Shown here piece by piece: positions 20,710 through 31,164 of a DNA stretch of 64,000 bases (positions within the stretch are counted from its first letter, which is position 1; every line of letters starts with the position of its first letter). Position numbers and translations under genes: made by a program. The notes beneath the pieces are model-generated. The model was not told the DNA's origin. It saw only the letters and a program-made list of their open reading frames with translations, and searched no databases. Origin of the DNA: Nitrospirota bacterium (GTDB lineage: Bacteria; Nitrospirota; UBA9217); the NCBI GenBank assembly GCA_963818475.1, contig CAWFSF010000005.1, positions 672,001-736,000 of the forward strand, given 5' to 3'.

Positions 20710-22131
20710 TTACTCTATCAGCAACTCATAGAGATGAAGAATATCCTCCTTGCCCTTTACTTCGGCGGAGAATTTATTCCCCCAATGGAAACCGGGGCCG
20801 GCCAACGCATGGGTCTGTTCAGAAACAAGGACTGTCGTGCCCGCCTTCTTGTTGACCGCTTCGATCCGCGAAGCCGTGTTCACGGTGTCGCCAATCGCCG
20901 TGTATTCCTTTTTTTTATGAAAGCCCAGGCTTCCCAGAATAACGGTCCCTGTATGGATGCCCACGCCGATCCGGAACTCATGATTGAAGCGGCTTTTCAG
21001 ATAGCGGTTAAATTCTGGCATCGCCCGCGCCATGTCCCGCGCTGCTGCGACGGCAAGACGCGCTGAGTTGTCCTGCGCCGTCCGGTCCAGTCCGAAGATC
21101 ACCATGATGCCGTCGCCCATGTACTTATCGATATATCCGCCGGAACGGTCGATGATGGCTCCGATCATCTCAAAATACCGGTTCAGGATGTGGATGACGT
21201 CATAAGGCAGGGACCGCTCTGAGAACGCGGTGAATGACCGAATATCGCAGAAAAGGATCGTGATTTCCGCCTCCCGGCCGGCATCACCCGGATCGGTTCT
21301 ACCTTCCTGAATCGCAATCCGGATGTCGGCGTCATCGAGCACCAACCGCCGGAGGTTCACGTCGCCCACGACCGTGGTCTGACAGGCCAGGCGGATCTCG
21401 GGAGAAAAACCCTTGATCCTGGCCAGGCGCGTTTCCTCCTCGTTCCGTGGTCTGCAGTTTTCCAGACCATGCGTGATCAGCACGCGGCAGGTCGAGCATC
21501 GCGCCCGCCCGCCGCACACATGCGTATGAGGAATACCGGCGCCAAGCGATGCGTTCAGGATGGAAGTGTTCGACGTCGTCCTCACGTCCCTGTCATGATC
21601 AAAATGAAGCGTCACGCTGGTCTCTGCGGCATAGGGAGCACGCGCCGCTGTCGTCATGACTGAACCGGATTCTGCGGCCGCGGTGAACCGTTCGAGATAG
21701 GAGCCCGCAAGATCTTTCAGCTTCGCAGCCATGGACCGGTCGTCCCTGGCGCCGCAGTGTCCGTGGATGCAGAAGTAGGCGACATTGAAGCTGCTGCAGC
21801 GATCATAGAGAGGGCAGGTCACGCAATTGCAGCCCTCTTCGTTGATCGTGACCGCGCTCTTGCCGCCGGAGCAGTAGAGGGCTTCACCGCGAACCGAAGG
21901 GAAACTGGGGCAGGTAAAGCAGGCGCAGAGGAGCAAGTTTTCCAGATTCATCCGGATCGTGGGATGAACCCTTCCTCGCTCCAGCCGGTCCCTGGCCATC
22001 ATCGGCGCGTCCATTTTTTTCGCCAACTCCCTGGGCACCAGCCGCATCACGGCCATCAGCATTTTCATCATCATAAAGCGCTCTCCCTGTTTCCGGACCC
22101 GGGTCCGGCTACTTCGACTGCGCTTTGCCAT
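20710..22131 (-). CDS. class III adenylate/guanylate cyclase with [2Fe-2S] ferredoxin and Cys-rich (DUF2769-like) N-terminal domain
   Basis: CACFTCPSF..LYC..GKS..GCNCVTCP..YFC; CGGRARCSTC...RLACQ; ILFCDIRSFT, DKYMGDG, YTAIGDTVNTASR. Confidence 0.88.
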   Translation of the reverse strand: MAKRSRSSRTRVRKQGERFMMMKMLMAVMRLVPRELAKKMDAPMMARDRLERGRVHPTIRMNLENLLLCACFTCPSFPSVRGEALYCSGGKSAVTINEEGCNCVTCPLYDRCSSFNVAYFCIHGHCGARDDRSMAAKLKDLAGSYLERFTAAAESGSVMTTAARAPYAAETSVTLHFDHDRDVRTTSNTSILNASLGAGIPHTHVCGGRARCSTCRVLITHGLENCRPRNEEETRLARIKGFSPEIRLACQTTVVGDVNLRRLVLDDADIRIAIQEGRTDPGDAGREAEITILFCDIRSFTAFSERSLPYDVIHILNRYFEMIGAIIDRSGGYIDKYMGDGIMVIFGLDRTAQDNSARLAVAAARDMARAMPEFNRYLKSRFNHEFRIGVGIHTGTVILGSLGFHKKKEYTAIGDTVNTASRIEAVNKKAGTTVLVSEQTHALAGPGFHWGNKFSAEVKGKEDILHLYELLIE

Positions 22132-22400
22132 TTTTTTCCGTCGATTCTATGATAGCAGAGTTATCGCGCGGATGATCGATTGCTGAACTGCAAGCTGCTC
22201 TAGACTCCCGGATGGTTATCAACCCTCCATCTGGTTCACGCGGAGCCGCGACGTAGAGGCCTGTTTGTCTGTAACGGTAATTGGAAGATTTTTTTTGTGA
22301 GTCGGCGGTTAAAAAATTATGGAGCATTAGGGAGTGCGTCTTGAAAAGACAGTTTCTTATATTTCAGCCTGTCCCCATTTCCTTCAATTGAAAGGCATGT

Positions 22401-22844
22401 TTATTTTCCCGCGACCTTGGCCACACGATACATTTCAGCAAAGGCGACCAGCCAGTTGCCGCTTACAATAGCAAAAATCGCCGCGGGACGTGCAATGGAA
22501 GGCCATACCTGGTGCTGGGAGATAAAAAAAGCATAACCGTCTATGAGCGACGCGTGAAGTATCCGGGCAAAGACCACCGAGAGCCCGGAAAACAAAAGAA
22601 CGGTGAGGGCACTGTAGAGTTTATGACCCAGGATTTTACTCAAGAGATGCATTGCGGGCATCAGGACAAGGGATGAATAGAGAAGCGTATGCTCGCCGAT
22701 CTCGAGCGCCTTCAGAAAGGTTAAACGCCCAGCGTCGCCGACCGCACTGCTTATTTTCACAAAAAAATCAATATCGGGCCAGATCATGTAGACACCAAGG
22801 ACCAGTCCTGCAACTTGGAATATCACGCTCAATACGCTTCCCAT
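22401..22844 (-). CDS. hypothetical membrane protein
   Basis: About 4 hydrophobic segments; RBS AAGGAGG. Confidence 0.6.
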   Translation of the reverse strand: MGSVLSVIFQVAGLVLGVYMIWPDIDFFVKISSAVGDAGRLTFLKALEIGEHTLLYSSLVLMPAMHLLSKILGHKLYSALTVLLFSGLSVVFARILHASLIDGYAFFISQHQVWPSIARPAAIFAIVSGNWLVAFAEMYRVAKVAGK

Positions 22845-22976
22845 AATGCCCTCCTTCAGGTTCCGCCCTCAATGACTTTTTGAATAACCTTTTTAGTTTA
22901 CTGCCGCTTGCATTTTAGGACAACTCGTTGGCTGGTGCGTGAACAGCGAAGTGCAACGAAGATATGATGGAGACCG

Positions 22977-24120
22977 CTATGCGATCAGGATGCGGCGATG
23001 AGCGACGGGTATGCGGCGCGAACAGCCGATCTTGCGGGTGTGCTTTTCTTTCTTCGTTGCCAAAAGCGCCTTGTCCGCGGCCAGAACAAGGTCTTGGACG
23101 GCGATCCCGTCAAGCGGATAGGACGCAATGCCGATCGTGACCGACAACGCATAGCGGCCGCCTGAAAGCCGCGCAAAGCCCTCTTCGATCTCGTATCGGA
23201 TCCTGTTGGCGAACAGGTTGTACGCCTTGGCAAGGTTCGTCTCGGGCAGGATGATCGCCATCTCATCGCCGCCGTAGCGCGAGGCCAGGTCGGTGCTCCG
23301 GATCGCCAGGCGGATCGATTCCCCGAGAACGGCAAGCGCCGCGTCACCGGCCTGGTGCCCGTGTGTATCGTTGAACTTCTTGAAGTCGTCAACATCAACG
23401 AGCGCCAGGGAAAATTCCCGGCCGTGCCGCTCAGCGCGCAGCAACTCCCTGCTCAGGATGTTCTCGAAGCACCGCCGGTTGAACAGACCGGTCAGGCTGT
23501 CCGTATTGGCCTGCTGCTTCACCTCGGCATGCATCCGCGCGTTATGGATCGCGACCGATGCGAAGGATGCAAGGATCTCGAGCGACTGCATGCTGGACGG
23601 AGGGAAGGTCCTCGGCGTAAAATCGTCGACATAGAGAATGCCGACGATGTCCTGGGAAAAGATAAGCGGCACGCAGACCAGCGATTTGATGCCTTCGCGC
23701 GCCACCTGGGGATTGGAAAAGAAAGAAGCGTTCGTGGTGTCGTTGATGACCGTGACGCTCCGCGCCTTGAGGATGCCTGTCGGTCAGTCCGCCGCGCTTG
23801 ACCTTCCATTCCCGGTTGGACAGGAACTGCCGGGAGAAGCCCTTGGAGGCCGAGATGCGCATGGTGGCGGTGGCGGGCGTGTAGAGCGCAATGCTGCCTG
23901 CCGTGGTGTTCGTTACCGCCATGGCCTTTTTGAGCACCATGGCAAGCGCCTTGTCAAGGTCGAGCTGGGATACGACCGATCGCGCGGTCGAAAGGATATC
24001 GAGCACCCGATCGTTAAGCTTCAGCACCGTCATAAGCATTGCCTTTGAAAAAGACCGCTCGTGCAAAGCAACCCGGATCAACACGTCCCGGACCCCGAAT
24101 ATCCTCGTATAAAATATCAC
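22977..24120 (-). CDS. GAF-GGDEF diguanylate cyclase (one indel)
   Basis: GAF region SLVCVPL..GILYVD; DSLTGLFNRR, DVDDFKKFND, RSTD I-site, RYGGDEM. Confidence 0.88.
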
Positions 24121-24960
24121 AGGAGCTGCAGGTTGTCAATCAGTCTGGTGCGGCCGACACGAACTGCAACTACTATCAACTTCTGCTCTCCATGACCGCC
24201 TGCGGCATGAGGCTGTCCGGATCGACGATCTCGACGTAATCGATCGAAAGCCCCGGCTCCCGCATCAAGTACGCCGCGCACCTCGCTCTGAAGCGCTATT
24301 GCATCACGCTGGCCGATCCGGAACAACCGCTCTCCTTCGCTCAGGGCGCGCCAGATCGTGCCCGCAACGCGCCGTTCTTCTTCGCTCAGATAGCTGTTCC
24401 GGGAGCTCATGGCAAGTCCATCCTGCTCACGCACCGTGGGGAGCACGACGACCTCGACATCGAGATTCAGGCCGGCGACCATGCGCTTGATCACCACGCA
24501 CTGCTGAAAATCCTTTTGACCGAAATAAGCGCGATGGGGCTTTACGATGTTGAACAGTTTTGCCACGATCGTTGCAACGCCCCGGAAATGACCGGGCCGC
24601 AGTGCGCCCTCCAGGACCTCCGAAACTCCTTCGACCGTAACAAAGACAACAGGCTTTTCCGGATACATCTCCGACGCCTGCGGCATGAAGAGGACATCGA
24701 CGCCGGAAGCTTCGCATTTTGCCTGGTCTCCTGCGGCATCCCGGGGATAGCGGTCCAGGTCCTCGTTCGGCCCGAACTGCGTGGGATTCACGAAGATGCT
24801 CGCGACCACGATGTCGTTCTCCTCGCCGCGCGCGGCGCATGAGCGAGAGATGGCCTTCGTGCAGGAATCCCATGGTCGGCACGAACCCGAGCCTCTTGCC
24901 CTGCATCCGGAAGGAATCCGAAAGGGACCGCATCTCGGCTATGGTGGTGATGATCTTCAT
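24117..24960 (-). CDS. panC: pantoate--beta-alanine ligase (indels)
   Basis: [47 protein letters not shown]. Confidence 0.95.
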
Positions 24961-25001
24961 GCTCCGGGCCTCTGCTGCAGGCTCACTCCTGCTGATCGCG
25001 C

Positions 25002-25679
25002 TCATCGCCGCCGGTCCCGTGTTCCCGGCCGCGACTGCTTCTCTGCCTTGGCTGCAGCGGCAATCTTTCTCGCCGCCCTGGCCTTCGCGTCCTTCAGGCC
25101 GATCGTGACGCGTGCGATGCTGTCGGCAACGACCTCTTCCAGCTCATCATAGAGCGCTGCTGTTTTTTCCGGTTCGTCGACAGGCAGCTCGGGGTCTTTC
25201 TGCGCGTACAGACCGGTATATTTTTGCAGCAATGCTGCCGATTCCTCAAGATCGTGCATCGCGTCGATGGCATCGTCGGAAAAATCGTTTTCCTTCGTGT
25301 CTCCCTGGTCAAGCCCCCGGATAAAGAACTGGATCATCGCCTGATCGTCGGACCCGCGCTGTTTGAAGCCCGACCCGGTCGGTGCATACTCGGTCTCGGG
25401 GAAATAGCAGGGATCCTCTTCCGGCTTCCACCGGGCAATGAAGTTCCAGAGCGACATCAGGTTAGCCATGAGGTTGTCTGCGTCTTCCAGGCTGGAAAAA
25501 TCCGCCTTGTCCGCGTCGAACAAGAGCGGCAGGCACTGAGAAGGCAAGGCCGGCTTCGGCGCGGCCATGCAGCCGAAGAAATAGCCGTAGAACTCATGCA
25601 GCGTCCGTTCAGAACCAACGCTCGCGAGCGCTTCGCGCGTCGCCTGGTCGTCGGTGTAGTTGTCGATGGTATTGGGCAT
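25002..25679 (-). CDS. UPF0149/YecA-like protein
   Basis: [25 protein letters not shown], acidic helical protein. Confidence 0.6.
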   Translation of the reverse strand: MPNTIDNYTDDQATREALASVGSERTLHEFYGYFFGCMAAPKPALPSQCLPLLFDADKADFSSLEDADNLMANLMSLWNFIARWKPEEDPCYFPETEYAPTGSGFKQRGSDDQAMIQFFIRGLDQGDTKENDFSDDAIDAMHDLEESAALLQKYTGLYAQKDPELPVDEPEKTAALYDELEEVVADSIARVTIGLKDAKARAARKIAAAAKAEKQSRPGTRDRRR

Positions 25680-25750
25680 AATTGTTTTTCCTTTTTATCG
25701 GCCGGGCATTAGTTTTAATTAAAATCCGTAACTGTTCAGGTCAAAACATC

Positions 25751-25822
25751 ATCCGCAGAATCCAACAGTAGGCGTCTCTAAGCGGCGCAAAAAATCTGCG
25801 TCCATCTGCGAAATCTGCGGAT
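25751..25822. repeat. periodic inverted-repeat element (CCGCAGAT type)
   Basis: ATCCGCAGA ... ATCTGCG-TCC-ATCTGCG-AA-ATCTGCGGAT. Confidence 0.7.
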
Positions 25823-25851
25823 AAAAGGTTTCTCCCTGATGTAGGTCTCGC

Positions 25852-26523
25852 CTACTTCTTCCCCCGCGACACCGGCACATAGTACTGCGTTCCCTGCTTC
25901 ATGCTCAGGATCTGCTTTAGCAGGTCGTCGAGGTCCTCGCGGCGATGCACGAAGTCGATGTCCGAGGTATTGATGACGAGCAGCGGCGTTTCGGTGTAGT
26001 GGAAAAAGTACTGGTTGTAGGCCTCGTTCACGTCGGCGATGTAATCGGGGTTCATCTCCTTTTCGAAGGGCCGGCCGCGCTGCTTGATGCGCTTCAACAG
26101 CGTATCGGTGTCGGCCTGCAGGAAGATGACCAGATCGGGCTTCACGATCTTGGGCTCGAGCATCTTGATAGATCTGTTCGTAGAGGGCCAGTTCATGGTC
26201 GTTCAGGGTCAGGTAGCGCAAAGATCCGGTCCTTGGCAAAGAGGTAGTCGCTGATCGTGATCCGCGTGAACAGGTCGGGCTGCGCCATCTCCTGCTGCTG
26301 CGCGAAACCGGTTCAGCAGAAAGAAGATCTGGGTCTGGAACCGGTAGCGGTCGGGGTCGCGGTAAAAATCCGTCAGAAAGGGATTGTCTTCGGCCTGCTC
26401 GTGGATCAGCCGTGCGCCGAGCTCCTCGGCAAGGAGCGTGGTGAGGCTCGTCTTGCCGACGCCGATGGGACCTTCGGTCACGATGTATTTGGTATCGCGC
26501 GCACCGGGCGGTTTCATGGTCAT
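25852..26523 (-). CDS. deoxynucleoside kinase (indels)
   Basis: EGPIGVGKT P-loop, NPFLTDFY, FQTQIFFLLNRF, PDLVIFL, RGRPFE. Confidence 0.9.
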
Positions 26524-27030
26524 GGCGGAGTTCCGTTCTCGTCGCAGCGCACTTCACGACCGTGCTCGGTCGTTGCAGCTCGCGGAGCAGGTGCCGACGC
26601 GGTCTTCTGCAGCTTCGGATGCACGGCGTGCGGCGCGATCTCGCAGAGCGGGACCAGCACGAATCGCCGGTTGTGCAGCAGCGGATGCGGGATGATCAGT
26701 TCCGGGGTCTCGATCATGCCCGTCGCCGTACAGCAGGATGTCCACGTCGATCGTACGCGGCCCCCAGTGGATGGTGCGCATGCGCCCCAGCTGCTTCTTC
26801 GATCGGACCGGCACTGACGCAGCAGTTCTTCCGGCGACAGGTCCGTCTCGATCGCTGCGACCGCGTTGACGAAATCATCCTGCTCCTTGTACCCGATGGG
26901 CTCGGTGCAATAGAGGGAGGAGACGCGGACAACGCGTGCCGCTTTTCGCCAACAGCTCGATGGCCTTGCGGCAGTTGGCTTTCTTATCGCCCATGGTTCG
27001 AGCCGATCCCGATGATATGCGATTGTCGGC
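26520..27030 (-). CDS. folK: 2-amino-4-hydroxy-6-hydroxymethyldihydropteridine diphosphokinase (many indels)
   Basis: IGIGSN, VSSLYCTEP, DFVNAV, WGPRTIDVDILLYG, IPHP..RRFVLVPL. Confidence 0.88.
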
Positions 27031-27081
27031 AGGATGACACCGATCCTGCTTATCAATAAGACACGTCAAAAAATCATTATC

Positions 27082-27166
27082 ACCACTGAGACGCGGAGAC
27101 ACGGAGACACGGAGAAATGCATATCACAAATATAAAGATTTCTCTGCGCCTCCGCGTCTCCGCGGT
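27082..27166. repeat. periodic (8 bp) inverted-repeat element
   Basis: CCACTGAGA-CGCGGAGA-CACGGAGA-CACGGAGA ... TCTCTGCG-CCTCCGCG-TCTCCGCG-GT. Confidence 0.85.
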
Positions 27167-27188
27167 AATGTCCTGTTACCCGTCTTTT

Positions 27189-28437
27189 CTAAAACTCGAA
27201 CTGCAGCCCGCTCATCCGCTTCTTGAACTCCTTCAGCACGCGCTTTTCATCGGCAAGCCCCTTGGACTCAAAGGTGGCGGAGAAGCGGATGTAGGATCCT
27301 GCGTCGTCCCAGGGCACGGTGCTGATCAGCTTCTCGGTGATGAGGAACTCGGAGAACTCCTCGGCATTCGCGAACCGCCTGCCGTTCTTCACGCCCTTCG
27401 GCATTTTCACATAGAGGTAAAAGGTGCCTGCAGGCATCCTGGCATCGAACCCCATGTCCCGGAGCGTCGAAACGAGCGACTTGAGCCTGCGCTCGTACTT
27501 GGCCGTGATCTTGCCGGTGATCTCGGGATGGTCCAGCGCGTAGACGCCTGCCTTCTGGATCGCCTTGAACTGGCCGGAGTCGTAATTGTCCTTCACGTTC
27601 CCGTATCCGGCAATGACCCGCTCGTTGCCGACCACAAACGCAAGCCGCCAGCCCGTCATGTTGAAGGCCTTGGAGAGCGAGTGGATCTCGACGCCCACGT
27701 CCTTCGCCCCGGCGACGGACAGGAACGAAAGCGGCTTCGTTCCATACATCAGCGCGGCATAGGCCGCGTCGTGCACCACGATCACGTTGTTCTCTTTCGC
27801 GAACTTCACGACCTTCTCGAAAAAGGCTTTCGTTGCGCCGGCGCCGGTGGGGTTGTTCGGATAATTGAGATAGAGGAGCTTCGCCTTCTTCCGGATATCG
27901 GCGGGGATGGCGTCAAGGTCGGGCAGGAATCCGTTCTCCTCGAGCAGCGGCAGGATCTGGACATCGACCGCCGTACCACCGCGTATGCGTTGCCATGATC
28001 GGGTAGCCGGGGGCGGTCATGAGCGTCACGTCGCCGGGATTGATGAAGACCGCGGGAAACATGGCGAGCACGGGCTTGCTGCCGATGCCGTGCAGCACCT
28101 CGGTCTCGGGATCGATGCCCCTGACCTTGTACACTGCGGCCAGGTAGCGGGCCGCGGCTTCCTTGAACTCCGGGATGCCGTTGTCGGCATACCCGCGGTT
28201 CTCCGGCTTTTCCGCTTCTTTCTGCAGCTTCTTCGACCACGCCCGGGAAGGCCATCTCGTCGGGCTCGCCCACGCCGAAGTCGATGAGCTCCGCCCCGGG
28301 ATGTGCCGGCAAGGGCCGCGCGCTTCGCCCGCTTGATCTTCTCGAACTTGTAGATCTTGGTGTCCTTGCCGAACATGCTGCCGCCGAGCCGATCGGCGAA
28401 AAGGGACTGGATGTAGGTGTCCTGGGGCTTGGTTCAT
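27189..28437 (-). CDS. dapL: LL-diaminopimelate aminotransferase (indels)
   Basis: YIQSLFADRLGG..FGKDTKIYKFEKIKRAK, IDFGVGEPD, HGIGSK, HDAAY, HSLSKAFNMTGWR; dap operon context. Confidence 0.85.
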
Positions 28438-28460
28438 GTACAGTATTACTCCATTTTTCA

Positions 28461-28554
28461 ATTTCGGATTGCGGATTTCGGATTGCGAAATACAAAGCTG
28501 CCCATGGTAATGCCCAGACTTTAATCCGAAATCCGCAATTCCGAAATCCGCAAT
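28461..28554. repeat. 7-bp periodic inverted-repeat element
   Basis: ATTTCGG-ATTGCGG-ATTTCGG-ATTGCG ... AATCCGA-AATCCGC-AATTCCGA-AATCCGC-AAT. Confidence 0.85.
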
Positions 28555-29313
28555 GACTCTGTTCTTCAGAGCTCCCGATTCCCTCGATCCGGACCTCCAC
28601 CTCGTCGCCCGGGCTGCATGGGCCCGATGCCGGCGGGCGTGCCGGTGATGATGAGGTCGCCGGGATAGAGCGTCATGATACGGGAGATAAAGCTCACGAG
28701 GTGGCCGACGCTGAAGATGAAGCTGCGAGGTCCGTGAAGACTGTTTCCGTTCACCATTCAGGTAGGACTCGACCAGCAGGTCGCCGGGATCAAGGTCCGT
28801 CTCGATCCACGGTCCGATGGGGCAGAAGGTGTCGAAGGACTTGGCGCGCGTCCACTGCCCGTCCTTTTTCTGCAGGTCCCTGGCTGTAACGTCATTGGCG
28901 CAGGTATAGCCGAGGATATGCCCGCAGGCTTCGCCGGGCGTTATCTTGCTGATCCGGTCCTTGATCACGACGCCGAGCTCGGCCTCGTAGTCGACCTGTG
29001 AGCTCGCATGGCGGGTAGACGATGGCATCGCCGGGACCGATGATGGTCGTGGGCGGCTTCAGAAAAATGATCGGCTCGTCAGGGATTGGGAAACCAAGCT
29101 CGCGGCATGGTCCCGGTAGTTCAGTCCGACCGCCACCACCTTGGTCGGGCTGCAGGGCGGGAGCAGTCGTCACGCGGGAGAGCGGATAGCAGGCTCTTTC
29201 GCCGTGTCAAGAAGGGTAAAGAAATCCCCTTCGAGCTCAGCGACCTCGTCGTTGACAACGACACCGCAGGCCGGCTCGGCCTTGCCCGGCGCCGAAAACC
29301 GTACGAGCTTCAT
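28555..29313 (-). CDS. fumarylacetoacetate hydrolase family protein (indels; 3' end approximate)
   Basis: EPIIFLKPP, DYEAELGV, GYTCANDVTARD, AKSFDTFCPIGP, PGDLIITGTPAG. Confidence 0.9.
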
Positions 29314-29334
29314 GGGCCGCTCCGTCCGCTCAGC

Positions 29335-30099
29335 CTACTTGCCGTCGATCCAGCTCGAGAGCGCATCCGCCGGCCGTGTGCCGCTGAGCACCATTCCGTC
29401 TTCGCGCACCAGCGTGGGGGTCCCGCTGAAACTAAGCGACTTGGCAAGGGCCTTGTTCTTTTCAACCGCCTCGTTGGAACACTTCGGCTCAGGCAGCGTC
29501 TTGCCCGTCAAACGCATCGTCCAGCAGGGTCAACGATTTTTCACACAGAATGGCCTGCACCTTCTTGTACGCGTCCTTGTGCATCTCGAGCGGGAACGAG
29601 GAAGATATAAAATGCCACATCCTTCCGTTTCGCCAGGACCTTCTTCATTTCCTCATGCAGTTTGCGGCAGTAGGGGCAGTCTGGGTCCGTGAACACGACC
29701 ACCTTCTTCTTGGCGTTCTTCGGGCCGAGGACCACCGCGTCCTTGAGCGGTATCTTGCTGAAGTCAACTTTGCGTTCCGGTGCAGGTTTTGCCGATCGAA
29801 TCGATCGGCACGATCTGTCCTGCGACCAGGTACTTCTTCGAAAAATCGATATACAGCGATCCCCGTTTATCGCCTGCATCCACCTCGATCTGCCACAGTC
29901 CCTTGGCAGGCGACAGTTTGATCTCGGCGACCTGGCCGTTCGGGACGATCTTCTTGATGATCTCCTCAGCTTCTTTTTTCTCCAGCTTGTGGCAATCGAT
30001 GCAGTTGCCGGCGCATCCCTCGTGGCTCGAGAAAGCGTTCGTGGTGAACGGTACGAGGAATGCCAGTCCCAGGATCATGATGGCAATATGTTTTTTCAT
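29335..30099 (-). CDS. dsbC: DsbC-family thiol:disulfide isomerase (indels)
   Basis: Signal peptide, FTDPDCPYC active site, GTPT cis-Pro loop; N-terminal CxxCH. Confidence 0.85.
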
Positions 30100-30165
30100 T
30101 TTACGACTCCTTGCAGAGGACGATGCTGATCACTGTCCCGCTGTCATAGTTTATTCAACTGCTGT

Positions 30166-30970
30166 CTATCTCAGTCCCAGCACATCCTGCATGTCGTACA
30201 AACCGGGCTTCTTGCCCACGACCCACTTGGCCGCACGCACCGCGCCGGCGGCAAAGGTGTCCCTGCTGTGTGCGCGGTGGGTGATCTCGATGCGCTCGCC
30301 TTTGCCCGCGAACAGCACCGTATGCTCGCCCACGATGTCGCCGGCGCGCAGCGTCTGGATGCCGATCTCCTTCTTTGAGCGCTCGCCGATCATGCCCTTG
30401 CGCGCATACACGCCGACCTCTTCGAGGTTCCGGTCCACCGCCTGGGCGAGCACCTGCGCCATCTTCATGGCCGTGCCTGACGGCGCGTCCTTCTTCATGC
30501 GATGGTGCGCCTCGACGATCTCCATGTCGTAGTCCTCGCCGATGGTCCGGGCGATCTCGTCCAGGATCTTGAAGCAGAGGTTCACGCCGATGCTCATGTT
30601 CGGCGAAAGCACGCAGGGGATCTTCTGGACATAGGTGCTGACCACGGCAAGCTGTTCCTTGGTAAAACCGGTCGATCCGATCACCAGCGGCCTTGCCCAG
30701 CTCGGCACACAGGCGGATATGTTCGAGGCTGGTCTCGGGAGTGGTGAAATCGATCAGCACGTCGCCGGCCTTGAGCGCGGCCACAAGATCGTCGCTCAGC
30801 TTGACGCCGGTCGCGGAGACGCCTGCCGGGCCTCCGGCATCCTGGCCGAGGAGCGCATGCCCTTTTCGTTCCACCCCTCCGGAGAGGGCGATGCCCTCCG
30901 AGGTTGAAAGTACGTTGATGATGCGCGAGCCCATGCGGCCGGCGGCGCCGGTTACGATTGTTTTGATCAT
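30166..30970 (-). CDS. dapB: 4-hydroxy-tetrahydrodipicolinate reductase (one indel)
   Basis: GAAGRMG, IDFT, NMSIGVN, EAHHRMKKDAPSGTA, GEHTV. Confidence 0.95.
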
Positions 30971-31029
30971 GTAAACCTCTTCTCAACCACTAAGGAATAA
31001 AATTCTACTTAAAATGACAAGAATATTTT

Positions 31030-31128
31030 GCCACGAAGGCACTAAGACACGAAGTACGGCCTTACTCGAACCGGCAAAACAGGAGCTTAAAGGTTTTGCC
31101 ATTCTTCGTGACTTCGCGTCTTCGTGGC
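31030..31128. repeat. periodic (8 bp) inverted-repeat element, homologous to 2567..2667
   Basis: GCCACGAAG-GCACTAAG-ACACGAAG ... CTTCGTGA-CTTCGCGT-CTTCGTGGC. Confidence 0.85.
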
Positions 31129-31164
31129 AAATTTTGTTCAGGCTGTACGGGTTTCAGGTATTTG

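Noticed and set aside
27806-28600. ORFs reading ADFGIADFG / IRNPQSEI across the FAH-dapL gap
   Set aside because: These are translations of the 7-bp repeat element joined to frameshifted gene pieces.
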